DNA of 63,307 nt, counting the filler, from Pelomyxa schiedti (taxonomy: Eukaryota; Protista; Evosea): the NCBI GenBank assembly GCA_020536535.1. It is 4 parts of 4 records of this genome, joined end to end, with 100 filler letters (N's around TTAATTAATTAA, not from the genome) between each part and the next. Parts side by side here need not be neighbours in the genome. Positions count along the whole stretch, not along the records: positions 18,467 to 47,800 come from JAHLWZ010000365.1; 3 more parts are not named here. One strand, written 5' to 3'. The position numbers and the translations under genes were made by a program. Below are positions 26,499 through 38,800 of this stretch, in pieces. The notes beneath the pieces are model-generated. The model saw only the letters and a list, made by a program, of their open reading frames with translations. It made no database searches and was not told where the DNA came from. Numbering within the stretch: position 1 is the first letter of the stretch; each line of letters starts with the position of its first letter.

Positions 26499-29353
26499 TC
26501 AGGGGTGCTTGTGGTACTTGTTGTGTGACGAAGACGTGGCACCAGAGATTGCAGGGGTGAGGGAAAACAGCCACTGTGCTATGCGCTCATTCACTTGGTC
26601 CTCTGTGACAGTGTACGGGAAGGTACTGCCAGGTGTTGTGGGGGCCAGTGCCAGTGCCATTGTTGCAGATGTGCAGCAGGAGTACAGCCTCTGCACAATA
26701 ACTGAGAATGGGTCCCGGGTACTCTCTGTGTGATATGATCTGTTTCAATGGGCATACATGCACATACCACAAATAGAGAGACACGACTGAACAACAAGAA
26801 ACAGAAGGTTTGGTGCTGTGCCCAGGGCGCCATAGTCAAGTGAATGGCTGGTAGACCCAGGTTCACAAACAAACAAGGGAGAGTCCACTGAGTGAACAAG
26901 AGTGTCAACTGAGCATAGGCATTCCTTCCGCCTACTCAGGCAACGTCCAACACTTAACTCTCCAGGAGATTGGCAGCAAAGGCGGGTCACCTCTGGCAGT
27001 GGTCACTAATGAGTGCGCATTGGAAGTTACTGAACATACCTTGGCTTTCAAGAGGTTGAAGTAATTTTGTCTGTTCAGCCAGTAACAACTGTTGTTCGGC
27101 AAAAGGCAAGTGGTCGGATGAGGAGTCAACTAAATGACCAGAAATAAGCTCAGTGGTTAGAATCCCGAAGCTCCACACATCTCCTGTCCACCCATTGTCA
27201 TTGGGAACAATGGGAGGATATGGAGATAACCTTTTAAAGTATAATGATTAGTAAACATCTGGGGTGACATCTTTTGAGAGGTCCCAGGGGCTAGGGTTTT
27301 TCTTGATTGTTGCTGGGTCAAGGGGGAATTCATTGCACAGGAAACACCTCATCACTGGCATTTAGAGGGGAGTGGTGCAAAGGAGCATACCAAAATCACA
27401 TATTTTTGGAGTTCCATTTGAATCCAAAACTACATTATTGCTACTAAGATCACGGTGCATGTAATTTTGCCTTTGATTGTGAAAGCAAAATAATTAATAA
27501 TAAATTCCTTTTGTCATAAAAGATACATACCTGTGCAGGCCATCCATCCCTTTGGCAATGCCAAGAGTGATCACTGTGACTTCTTGGAACTGTAGTGGTT
27601 TCTGTAGTTTTTTCAGTTGTTTTTTAAAGATGGAATAAAAACCCTTTGAATAAGGTGCCTTAGACTGCAACACATGAGCTCAGATACAAGTTCCAGTTCC
27701 CCAGATGCTGTTGTGCATGTCCCAATGCACTTCACAATGTTTGGGTGTCTCAAGCTACTTACAATCTGTATGTTTGTTAGGGTTTCATTTTTGAGAAAAC
27801 TCAAGCACAACCTCTACTTCACGCCTGAAACATTCAGGACTGTAGTTTCGAAGGAGATCATCATAAATTTTCTTGACTGCCACATCCTTCAATGATGGCA
27901 GATGTGTCCCTTTGAACACAGTGCCATAGGAACCACTCCCCAATGTGTGAGTGGAAATTATCAGATCTTTTTCTTGGATGTCAATCACAGGTGTCATTCT
28001 CACAACCACAAATACTTGCTCATCACCCTCTGATGTTAGTTTAATATGAGGGAAAGTGGGTGTCCTATAAAACCTGATTGTGGGGCAAGCACAACTTGGT
28101 GGTTTTCATCAACTCCAAACCTCTTTTCAATTGCCATCTTCACACTCTGTTTGTGGTGATAACTTAACATGAAAGTCATTTTAGGTAACCTTCTCTAATG
28201 GACACAAGCCGCAAAATTCCTCTGTAAATGTGGTCTTGTGTCCCCATCTGACTGTGACTACTTTCATCACACACTTGTTCACTGTGGCGTCTTGTACTGT
28301 GCTGTTTTGTGCTGTTTGGTTTTCTTGATGAAAAGGCCCCATGGGCACAGCAGATTTGACCCAGGACCCTTGTTGAATGTGCTTCATAATATGGTCAATG
28401 GCTGTTGGTGTATTAACCTAATCTACAAAAGAACATACATTCTGCCTGTTTCTGAAGCCACTTCTTTTTCGTTGCTTTCATTTCCTCTTTGAATTCTTTT
28501 AGTTGTGTATTTTTCAATATCTTTTGCTTGGATCCCCAGTAAGCACCTGTCACACCCACAACGAAAAGAAAAAAGCACCCAAGTAAAAATATCCAGTCCA
28601 CACTATGCCCCTGCCTGAGTTCAGGCAGTCCAACTTGATGCATCTCAAGGCCTGCAGTGCCACTACAATACACTCTTTGTTCGGGTGTGCTGTATGGGAG
28701 AAGTACCAGTACTCCCTCTCTCCCACACTCCCAACTGCTGTTGTCTTTGGTAAATGTGCATTCAAGCTGATCACCAGTTGCCCACCTCCTTATTCCTTGT
28801 TTGGGTTCGCCTCGTTCCCACACACCACTGAATGCTGATCCATCCCCAGGCCATGTCTTTTTTCCTTCACCGTGCTCTTTTCCACTCACCCAATCACCCT
28901 CATATCTCGTCCCATCATCCCAAATCCTGACGCCCCTCCCATGGAACAGGTCATCCCTCCACTCCCCAGCGTAGCTCCCGCCCCCTTGGCTCTTTTCGCC
29001 AAACAACATCCTCCCATAACCGCTCTTGATCCCGCGGTCCCACTGGCCATGGTATATGTCGCCTGTCTCCAGCGACCTCCACGTCCCCCTGCCGTGCCAC
29101 TTGCCCCGCTCCCACCGGCCCTCGTACACCGTCTCGATGCCCATGGCGGTGTCGCCGGCGAACCACCTGTCGTGGCTCGGGTACGTCATCCTGCTTTGCA
29201 CGCCCCAGCCGGCCATCTCGTGGGCCCTCTCGGCGTCGTTCCACGCCCACTCGCCCTCGAACACGTCGAGGCCGTTCTCGTCGACCCAGTGCCGCGCCTC
29301 CAGTGGTCCTCGCGCCACAGCCCCTCGTACCGCCCCTTGTTGTCCCACACGCC

Positions 29354-29386
<33 letters not shown>

Positions 29387-29674
29387 GGCCGGGGACCCGA
29401 GGGTGGCCCACCCGTCGGCGCGGCCGTGGTGCCACTCGCCGTCGATGACGGTGCCGGCGTGGGGCCAGGCGAGGGCCCCGCGGCCGTGCATCTGGCCGGC
29501 CCTCCACTCGCCGTCGTAGGTGTTGCCGCTGTCGTCGCGGGCCGTGCCCCGCCCGTCGCGCTCGCCGCCTACGAGCCGGCCGGTGTACGTGCCCACGCCC
29601 GATGACACCGTGTCATCTTGTACCATGACGACGACGTTGGCTTCTTCATTGGTACTGTAATTGTGCGACAGCAT
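26499..29674 (-). CDS. MORN-repeat + coiled-coil + Ser/Thr (TKL-like) protein kinase; one frameshift at ~29289
   Basis: MORN YxGxWxxGxxHGxG repeats at 28700-29600. Kinase motifs LGSGSYGTVFKG, VAVKK, HPNIV, HRDLSSNNVVL, KICDFG and DVWSFGIL. The MORN-to-kinase linkage and the 3' end are inferred. Confidence 0.72.
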
Positions 29675-29727
29675 AGACCGCTATCAACTACAATTTTTTT
29701 TTCGCAGAATGAAGTGCTCAGAATTGT

Positions 29728-30850
29728 TTAGGGACGGAGTGGTCCCAGTCCTCGAATTTCCCTGTGGGTGGTTCTTGTCACCGCCGTGGTGCCATGCATA
29801 GTTGGGAGTGTGGCGGTGCGGGGTGGTGCCGGCAGTGGAACCAGGACAGTTGTGTCCGGTGCCGCGGCTGGTGCTGGTGGTGCCGGTGGTGATGGTCCCA
29901 GTATCTTATCCATGGATTTGTGGGCCTCACAACTTCGGCGAATGGCTTGCACCAGTAGCGCCTTAGCACTTGAAAACGCGGCAATTGCGGCGCTGTCCGG
30001 AGTTCCTCCGAAGTTCTGCAATGTATTAGAAGTGGGTTCAAACGCGGCAAGTTACACACAGTAAGGCGGTTCTGTAGGGCATAAACTTCTTTCACCCTTA
30101 AGTTCATGGCAGTATTAACTTCAGTACAATACTTTGAACGAACTTATGGACTTGTTGGTTGAGGTAACCAAAATCTAGGGGCGCAAAAAAAAAAATCAGT
30201 TGGATGGCAAAAGTCTTACTGGCGTCCAAACACCACTTTGACATGATAGTGGTACACTGCACAAATTCCTGTGAATAAAAAGAGTTAGCAATGGGAGAGA
30301 ATGAAAGGTGGTGGGTGGATGAACTCACATCCTGTGCGGATTGCAGGCTTTTACTGAGCCTTGAAATCTCGTCTTTGAGGGCAGACTCCAGAGTTTCTAT
30401 TGAGGCATCAAGTAGAGCTCCCGCGTTGGCTTCATCGGCAGCAGCAATTACAACTCCAGAGCCGGCATCACCGAGTTCAATGTCCTGTGGTTTTTGTTCA
30501 GTTTTTTTAAGGTTTTGGCTTTTCTGTACCTTTACCCTCAGCTGGAGGGTGGGCCTTTCTGTAAACTTGTCCTCTAGCATCCTCTTCAGGCTTGGAGCAT
30601 CTATCTCTCTCCAAGTTGGAGCGCCTGCTTCACGCTTGTGTAAGCAAGACCTTTCGCTGCTGTGTCCATCTTGTACCGTTCTTGAGTCACCCAGAGGTTC
30701 ACTTCGGCTTCTTTATCTGCAAGATCCTGGTTTTTTTGGGTTTAAATGAGTTGTGGGGAATAAAAAGTGGTGGGTGATGAACTCACATCCTGTGCGGATT
30801 GTAGGCTTTTACTGAGCCTTGAAATCTCGTCGTTGAGGGCAGACTTAAAT
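29728..30850 (-). CDS. Hypothetical helical protein with internally duplicated exon (5' end uncertain, may extend to ~31400)
   Basis: Spliced ORF pieces. SALxDEISRLSKSLQSAQD plus its donor GTGAGT occurs twice (~30306-30387 and ~30766-30846). Confidence 0.45.
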
Positions 30851-31876
30851 AGAATGTACTTCCGTCGATCACAATTTCCTTACACTGTATGCACCAGGAT
30901 CTTTTCAAATTTTTATAATTTTAGAACAGCCCTATGAACGGAAAGAGAAATACTTTAACTTGGAAGCAGGAAGAGGTATTTTTATGGCTCTTTTAGCGTC
31001 ACTTTCATCCATGAAACAAATATAAAAGTGATTGTTGTAAGGTTGTGTCCTTTGGTAGAATAGTGAGACAGAGCATAAATATTAGCTAAAAGATCATATA
31101 AGCTGATGGTGGGTCAGTACCGATCTGGTGTTATCCCCTGTGCAAGGAAATGGTTTGTAACTGCTTGGACAAGTGTGCTTTTGTGTAGCCTGAAAATCCT
31201 TCTGCACAAGGGGGACTCCAGTTCAGGAGGCGAAAATGGAGGCCTATCCTGAGTGATATACCCACTCGGCCTTCAGCTGTACGAACCAATAGGCTTTCCC
31301 ACCTCGATGAAATTCTTTGTTTTCAACACAGGCAGCCGAACAATCTGCGTCAAAAATCACATAAATTCCCAAATCTCGCAGGATCTTAAGTTTGAGTAAG
31401 ATTGTTGTTCAACGCCACATATTATCGCTGAAAAGCAAAAAAAAAAAAACCAAGACACACCCCGCGAATGACGCAAAAATATCGCCGGCGGCTACTCAGC
31501 CACAGTGACCCCAACCTGCTTGCCGTCCACGGGATCCAGCGGCTCTGGGGTACCGTCCACAAAAAACAACTCAGCAGCGTCATGTTCTCTTCTCTTCGAC
31601 CATCGCGTAGCAGCCACACTTTCCCCGTTGCGTGGTGGGCCACTTTGCCAGAACCGCCTTTCTCAGCCTGAAAAAAAAGAGAAATAAAATGATTTCTGCG
31701 AAAAAACCATATTTATGAATCATAAAGTCTCTACAACAACAAGCTCAGATCCGTGGTTGTGCCACAAAAGAGTTCTCAGTCAAGCAAAAAAGCACAAGGC
31801 TCGGCCGATCGACACAGTGCCATCCCACAATGCGGGCCACCACTCAGCCCACACCCATTAAAGAGACCCCTCGTGG

Positions 31877-31945
31877 AGTTGCGTAGGGTGGGCCCCACAC
31901 CCCATTCTTTGGTTTTCTCATTCCTCTTGCATCCCCGCCGTGTGT
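31877..31945. repeat. Left arm of imperfect ~70-bp inverted repeat flanking the Sel1 gene
   Basis: Reverse complement matches 35002-35074 (GCGGGGATGCAAGAGG...CAAAGAATGGG...CACCCTACxCAACTC). Confidence 0.75.
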
Positions 31946-32060
31946 GTGCGCCAACACCACTTCGTTAGTTTCGATTTTGATCAAAAAAAAGCAAGCGACT
32001 TCCTCATTCACAGAATGAAAGCAACACAAGGTTGTTGTGCTTGTGTCGTTTTCTTGTTGC

Positions 32061-34799
32061 TTAGGCATCATGAGGCAATGTGTCACCCGGTGGGTGACGG
32101 GAAAGGGTATCCCTATTTGGTTGGGTGTGGCCTTCCAGTGCTACAAGTTGGAGACGGGCATCGGCGTCGTCCAGGCCGAGTTCTGCGGCCCTCTGGTACA
32201 GTGCCACTGCCTTGCTGGTGTCCTGGTCAACCCCATTACCATTTTCATAGCACATTCCAAGGTTGTACATTGCCTGGGCGTCGCCACCGGCGGCAGCCCT
32301 CTGGTACAGTTCCACTGCCTTGTGAATGTCCTTGTCAACGCCATCACCACTTTCATAACACACACCAAGGTTCACCGTTGCGTCGGTATTACCAGCATCA
32401 GCAGCCCTCTGGTACAGCGCCACTGCCTGGTGGCTGTCCCGGTCAACACCATTGCCATTGTCATAGCACCAACCAAGGCTGAACATTGCTTGGGCGTTAC
32501 CGGCATCAGCAGCCCTCTGATACAGTGCCACTGCCTTGTGAATGTCCTCCTCAACACCATTGCCATTTTCGTAACACACACCAAGGTTGTACATTGACGG
32601 GGCATCACCAGAATCAGCCGCCACCTGATAAAGTGCCACTGCCTTGTGGATGTCCTCCTCAACGCCATCTCCAGTTTCGTAACACACACCAAGGTTGTAC
32701 ATTGCTTGGTGATTACCAGCATCAGCAGCCCTCTGATACAATGTCACTGCCTTGTGAATGTCCTTCTCAACACCCTCTCCATCTTCATAACACACACCAA
32801 GGTTGTAAATCGCTTGGGCGTTACCAGCATCAGCAGCCCGTTCATACAGAGCCACTGCCTTGCTGGTATTCTTTTCAACACCATCACCATTTTCATAACA
32901 CAGGCCAAGGTTGCACATTGCCTGGCTGTTACCGGCATCCACAGCCCGCTGATACAGTGTCACGGCCTTGTGGATGTCCTTCTTGATGCCATCACCATCT
33001 TCATAACACAGGGCAAGGTTGTACATTGCCATGACATTACCGGCATCCGAAGCCCTCTGGTACAGTGTCACTGCCTTGTGAATGTCCTTCTCAACACCAT
33101 TGCCATTTTCGTAACACACACCAAGGTTGAAAATTGCTAGGGCATGACCAGCATCAGCAGCCCTCTGCCACAGTGTCACCGCCTTGTGAATGTCCTTGTC
33201 AACACCATTGCCATTATCATAACATAGACCAAGGTTGAACATTGCAGCCCTATGATACAGTGTAACGGCTTTGTGGAAGTCTTGGTCAGCACAATTGCCA
33301 TTTTTCTCACGCATACCATGCATTACTTGGTTGTTATCACCAACATCAATCACCCTCTGCCACAGTCTAACTGCCTTGTGAGTATCCTTGTCAACTCCAT
33401 CACCATATTTATAACACAGGGCAAGGTTGCACATTGAGGGGACATTACCAGCATCCGAAGCCCTCTGGTACAATGTAATTGCCTTGTGAATGTCCTTCTC
33501 AACACCATTGCCATGGTGATAACACATACCAAGGTTGCAAATTGCCTGGACATGACCAGCATCAGCAGCCCTCTGCCACAGTGTCACCGCCTTGTGAATG
33601 TCCTTCTCAACCCCATTGCCAATTGTATAACAAGCACCAAGCTTGAACATTGCCTGGTTATTACCAGCATCAGCAGCCCTCTGGTACAGTGTCACTGCCT
33701 TGCTGGTATCCTTGAGAACACCATCGCCATTGTCATAACACAGACCAAGGTTGTACATTGCAGTGGCATTGCCAGCATCAGAAGCCCTCTGATACAGTGT
33801 CACGGCCTTGTGAATGTCCTTGTCAACACCATCCCCATTTTTATAGCACACGCCAAGCTTGAACATTGCCTGTGCATCACCAGCGTCAGAAGCCCTCCGG
33901 TACATCACCACTGCCTTGTGAATGTCCTTGTCAACACCACCAACACCAAAATTGTAGCAGATGCCCAGAGATGTGATAGAGGAAACATACCAGTGAATCT
34001 GACCCACGGAACAAGTGCTGTGATGTGATGAGCTCATTTCACCAAACAGGAGGGATGCTGATGAACGTTGGTGGGTGTCTGTGGACGAAGAACATAAAAT
34101 TCCCCACAAGGCAACAAAGAACATGCAAGACCACAACTTTCCTGTTGAACCTGTTGTGGATGAAGATTGTTGCTGATTAATGTCACATTTCAAAGATGCT
34201 GTTGACACAAGTTCAGTCCATTCAGCAATTATAGCTTCCGCTTTGTTCTGGCAGGGCTCTTTCCGGTATGATGTCGCATTTGGCACATTCAACACACGCA
34301 CGCAATGTGCTCTCATTTCCTCAAATGTAGAGGAGAGGGCGAGAGAGAAATACCGTGACAGGCACGCTGGAATGTGCTGATGAAGTGACACATGGTCATT
34401 GATGGCACAACATAGAAAAGCAAGGAACACCAGAGCAGGCAGGTACTCACACTGATGATCACGCGATTCCCCTGATTTGTGTTGGCTGAATGCAAAAAAA
34501 AAAAACAAAACCGAAGGAAGGGACACACCACCACTCCCAGAACTGTTCACCTTCATCTCGCAGTCGAACAGGGAGTAGGCCTCAGCAACAAGAGCAAGTG
34601 CAGAGTCAATGTTTCCCACTTGCAACTCCAAAAGTGCCTCCATCAACATCTCGTTTTTAGTCCTCGAAAAAATGGAGGCATGTGTCACAAGCGTGGTTGT
34701 AGCTACGGCGGCCACGCTCGCAACAGCCCGCACGTTGTTGTTATCGACCGTGGCGGACTCATGAGACGTGGTGGTGGTAATCGTTGGTCTGTTCGCCAT
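32061..34799 (-). CDS. Sel1-like repeat (SLR) protein, ~16-17 repeats of 36 aa
   Basis: 912-aa ORF with repeated AMYNLGVCYxNGxGVxKDIHKAVxLYQRAADAG. It probably contains one in-frame intron at ~34525-34472. Confidence 0.95.
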   Translation of the reverse strand: MANRPTITTTTSHESATVDNNNVRAVASVAAVATTTLVTHASIFSRTKNEMLMEALLELQVGNIDSALALVAEAYSLFDCEMKVNSSGSGGVSLPSVLFFFFAFSQHKSGESRDHQCEYLPALVFLAFLCCAINDHVSLHQHIPACLSRYFSLALSSTFEEMRAHCVRVLNVPNATSYRKEPCQNKAEAIIAEWTELVSTASLKCDINQQQSSSTTGSTGKLWSCMFFVALWGILCSSSTDTHQRSSASLLFGEMSSSHHSTCSVGQIHWYVSSITSLGICYNFGVGGVDKDIHKAVVMYRRASDAGDAQAMFKLGVCYKNGDGVDKDIHKAVTLYQRASDAGNATAMYNLGLCYDNGDGVLKDTSKAVTLYQRAADAGNNQAMFKLGACYTIGNGVEKDIHKAVTLWQRAADAGHVQAICNLGMCYHHGNGVEKDIHKAITLYQRASDAGNVPSMCNLALCYKYGDGVDKDTHKAVRLWQRVIDVGDNNQVMHGMREKNGNCADQDFHKAVTLYHRAAMFNLGLCYDNGNGVDKDIHKAVTLWQRAADAGHALAIFNLGVCYENGNGVEKDIHKAVTLYQRASDAGNVMAMYNLALCYEDGDGIKKDIHKAVTLYQRAVDAGNSQAMCNLGLCYENGDGVEKNTSKAVALYERAADAGNAQAIYNLGVCYEDGEGVEKDIHKAVTLYQRAADAGNHQAMYNLGVCYETGDGVEEDIHKAVALYQVAADSGDAPSMYNLGVCYENGNGVEEDIHKAVALYQRAADAGNAQAMFSLGWCYDNGNGVDRDSHQAVALYQRAADAGNTDATVNLGVCYESGDGVDKDIHKAVELYQRAAAGGDAQAMYNLGMCYENGNGVDQDTSKAVALYQRAAELGLDDADARLQLVALEGHTQPNRDTLSRHPPGDTLPHDA

Positions 34800-35001
34800 T
34801 CTTTGTCTGTTTTCTGGTTTTCCCTGGAGAACCGTTATATGAAAGTGATGGTGGTGGCCAGCTTACAGGCTGCACTCATAGAAGTATGAGAAGAGGGTGA
34901 GGATCACCATTTAGATAACAAATGCACTGGGGTGGTCAGTAAATACAGAACCAGAGTGGAGTTATCCTTCACATCAAGGAAGAGTTTTTGGTGACAAAAC
35001 T

Positions 35002-35074
35002 CACACGGGGTGCGGGGATGCAAGAGGGATGCGAAAAACAAAGAATGGGCGTGGGGGGGCCACCCTACACAACT
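35002..35074. repeat. Right arm of imperfect inverted repeat
   Basis: See 31877-31945. Confidence 0.75.
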
Positions 35075-35095
35075 CGGACACGTGGGAAGTGTCCT

Positions 35096-35831
35096 GTTTC
35101 CCCCTTTGTGTTGGTTTTTCTCACTCAACCCTGGCGAGGATGGAGGCGAAGTGGGAGCGGAGGTTTTTTTTTAAAAAAAACCTCTTATTCGCGTTTTACT
35201 TTGTTTTGTCTTTGTCCTGTTAGTTTATTTTAATTTGTTTGTTTATTTCGTTTTCTTTAGTCTTGTTTTAAAATAACACAATTGTGTTCCATTTCCTCAT
35301 GGCAACTAAGGGCCGAATCCATGCCGCACTCACTGACTCCTCCAATGGACCAAGCCAAAGCTACAGGTATCTTCTTTGTTTTTCTTTTTCGAGTTCTCAC
35401 ACTTGATAACCAGGTGGAGTTGCAGCTTTTTGGTGGTGGAGATGACAGCCTGGTATGTGACTTCTTTTTTTTTTTTTTTTCCTCTGCAGCTCACATATGT
35501 TCAGGTGGCGGACCTGCTGACAATCTATTACGAAGGTACATTCCCTTCCTTGTGATTTGGTATGTCCTTAACCATCATTGGCACTGCTAAAATTCTGGCA
35601 GATAACCTGAATGATGAAGCAGAGCAGAATCATCAAGGTACCTCATTCTTCTTCTTTCCAACTGATACTCCATGTTCTTATGTTTTATCTAGGCAAGGCT
35701 TTTGACTTGACATTGTGTTGATTTAGTTATCCCTTGTTGACTTCCTTAATAAACAAGTTTTCTTCTGAACTTACTTTCCATCATCCTTTAAATGTACATA
35801 GATCCAAAAAATTGAGCTCAATGGAAGAGGG
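35096..35831. repeat. Dispersed repeat family B copy
   Basis: Colinear with 22089-23086, with internal indels. Confidence 0.8.
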
Positions 35832-38800
35832 AGATGGAGGTGGCAGTGCTACCGAAACCGCCTGAGCTCCGCCAATTATTATTATTAATAATTGGAAACG
35901 GAAGGGGACGCTTCCTTGCGCGTACTACCGGTGGTTCACTGTTTCTGCCATTTCCATCCTCTCCTCTTCAATGATACTTGAGTATGAAGCATCAGCAGTC
36001 AGCTTTTGCCTGAATTTTCGGCATTATTGGTATCTATACCACTGCTTCAAATCTCTTTTCCTTTCTGATATTTGTAGGTACAATACTTTTGAGTGGATGA
36101 TGAATTCTCTTATAAGTCACACCAAACAGAGGGACTTCCTCATTGGGGCAATTCTGGGTGGATGCTTCATTAATTAAGGCATGTGTAAATCTCTTATGTG
36201 GTGACTAATTTGCATTCTAATCCAGTTGGATTTGTGAGGCTCGATTATACATGTAATAAGATGACAGTGATTGCCTAAAACTTGATGGACTTGTGAGAAT
36301 GGGTTGAGTTGTGCTTCCCTACAGGTACCAACTGTATTCGAAACACTCCATGTTTGTATTTTTGTGTTTTTTTGCTGATCCAGTTTCAGACCCTGCCCTG
36401 GTGGAAACTCTGTGATTGGAGAAAAGCAGTTCCTCTGTTACACATATAATGACCTCTGACTTTGTGCTTTGGCTTCTTTAACCAGCATGAAGGTATGTGA
36501 TAGCCTCACATTATTTTGATTGACAGAGTACAGAGTCACTGTGCACTTCTTACCAATAATTGCTTTGAGATAGTGTCTTTCTGCTTGGTTTGTTTCCAGT
36601 GATGCTGCAGCCCATCCTCATTGGACAAGTGCTCACTTCAGATCTTTGGTATTTCCTTATGTTTGTTCAAGCCTCTCAACATCACTTAGAGTCAACCTAA
36701 ATGTACTGCACCCCTTCTTGGGAAATTACACTATCACTTGCTCTGACTTTGGGCTTTGGCTTCTTACAACAAGTATGCTCAATCAGCTTTTGCCTATTCC
36801 TTTGTATCTCTTTTTGATGCCCATTTTAGTTGCCAATGTGGCTTCTCCACAGAATTGGTCAATACTGTTGAGCTGTGTGTTTGCTTTTTCTTGGTATGTG
36901 CAATTCAAAGGAGTATGCATTGGTTTAACTTGTGTGTTGCAGGGTTGAGAGCTCATACAGATTGGAAATTATGACTTGTTCACCTTTCAGTAATATTGGT
37001 TATGGATATCCTAGCACAAGCAGTACTCTTGTTAATGCACAACATGGCAACTGTAGGTATCCTTACTTCTTCATAGCTTGCTTCTCACTCAAGCAGTAGG
37101 AATTTGAGAATAACCTAACTTCTTGCTTTGATGTATTGCTGACATGTTCACATTTCCTCAATTGGTATGTGTTACACTCACATCTTTCTACTAATGGATT
37201 TGTAGTATGTTCTTGTACACACACTCAGTTCAGAAGGCCCTATGGAATGGTGGGGAAAGGGGGCTAAAGCACCTACATTCAAAATGCAATCAAAAACACC
37301 ATCAACACACTCCTCATCATCACAAAAACACATTCTCCTGAACAACAGGACATCCACAAGACAAACAAGGGCAGTTCACAATGAAGGTGATGCAGTTTGG
37401 CATAGTTAACTAAAGCCAGAAGATTATTAGAGCTGGAGGCCACTGCAATAATCTGGACAACAGTGAAGATGGCCTGATGTTATAGGACTATGAGGCCAGT
37501 TGTGGAATACTGGGCAGGAAAGGATTCAGGTGCAGCAGGTGAATTATTGGCTACATGGTCTGGCACACTAGGGGTTGGAAGCCTATGCTGGAGGAGAGAA
37601 TGGGGATTGTTGTGCAATACAGGCCTGGTTGACTGGGAATGAGTTAGTTCCATTGAAACTTAGAGGCTTGCACAGGAACAAGATTGTGGGGTTCTCTTCC
37701 ACATAAATGTCAAGAAGAAGATCAAGCTCCATCAAACACTTGTGGACACATACATGTCAGCTTAATACACCCTCATACACATCCATCTCTGGTTGCCCAG
37801 CCAACCCAAACTCCAAAAGCCTGAGACAGGCTTAGGGCTGCATCACTAGTACATACCTGGTGGGGGAGACTTGTGCAGACTGTCAACTGGTTAAGCCCAG
37901 CATCTACACTGCCAACTAACCCCCAATTTACCAACAGTTTTTCTCTCCCAACCTCCCCCTGGTCATGATGTAAGACAAACAATCATTGATTTCCTAGAAG
38001 CCAACCTTTCCATCTGTGTTAAAATATGCCAATTTGTACCAAAAAGGAACCATTTCACACTATCCTTTGAGCTCAAGGTCACCTTCTGTAGGCTCACCAG
38101 ATGAAGGAGATATTATAGTATAATCTCCTTCAGGAAGTGAGCCCTGACTTTTTCAGTACCTATGACCAAAAAACCACAGGGCCACCAGCTCCATCTAATT
38201 ACACTACCCAGCCAACCACAATCCAAGTAACAGCCTCAATTCACTTCTCCACCCAAAACATACCATCCCCAATAGCCAACACCACCCCCCCTCTATCCCA
38301 ACCAAATTCCAGCTCTTCGACACCCCACAGCTCAACCACAGGCCCAAACCCCCTCCCCACCTGATCATGAGTAGTTACGAGTTTTATCATGGAACATGAG
38401 GGGGTTTATCAAAGAAGCAACAGCACATACACTCTCAAAGACCATCAATGCAATCAACATACATATCCTCATTAATATCCCACTCAGTAAACACCAACAC
38501 CCATCATTTGAAAGATCATCCACCAGGCCAGTACCAGAAGCTCTGAGGTTTATCAAAGAAGTGGCTTTCAACAAACTTGATATTGAGCCTTCCATTAGAG
38601 GAATAGGTGAAACACAATCACAGCTGAAAAGAGCTCTCAGGAGTGAGTTTCAGGGAGTGCACTAACTAAAGACCAACTGCAGACTGCTGCTGAGGAACTC
38701 CACATGTATTTCATTCTATTATTGTCTCCTTACAGCCGTCTGATTACTGCAAACCAAGGAAGGTAAACCTGGTTTCTAGGAAAACCTCTGTTGTGGTGGC

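Noticed and set aside
31940-34889. Many antisense/alternate ORFs over the Sel1 gene, and likewise over the MORN and USP genes
   Set aside because: Shadow ORFs of repetitive or GC-rich coding sequence
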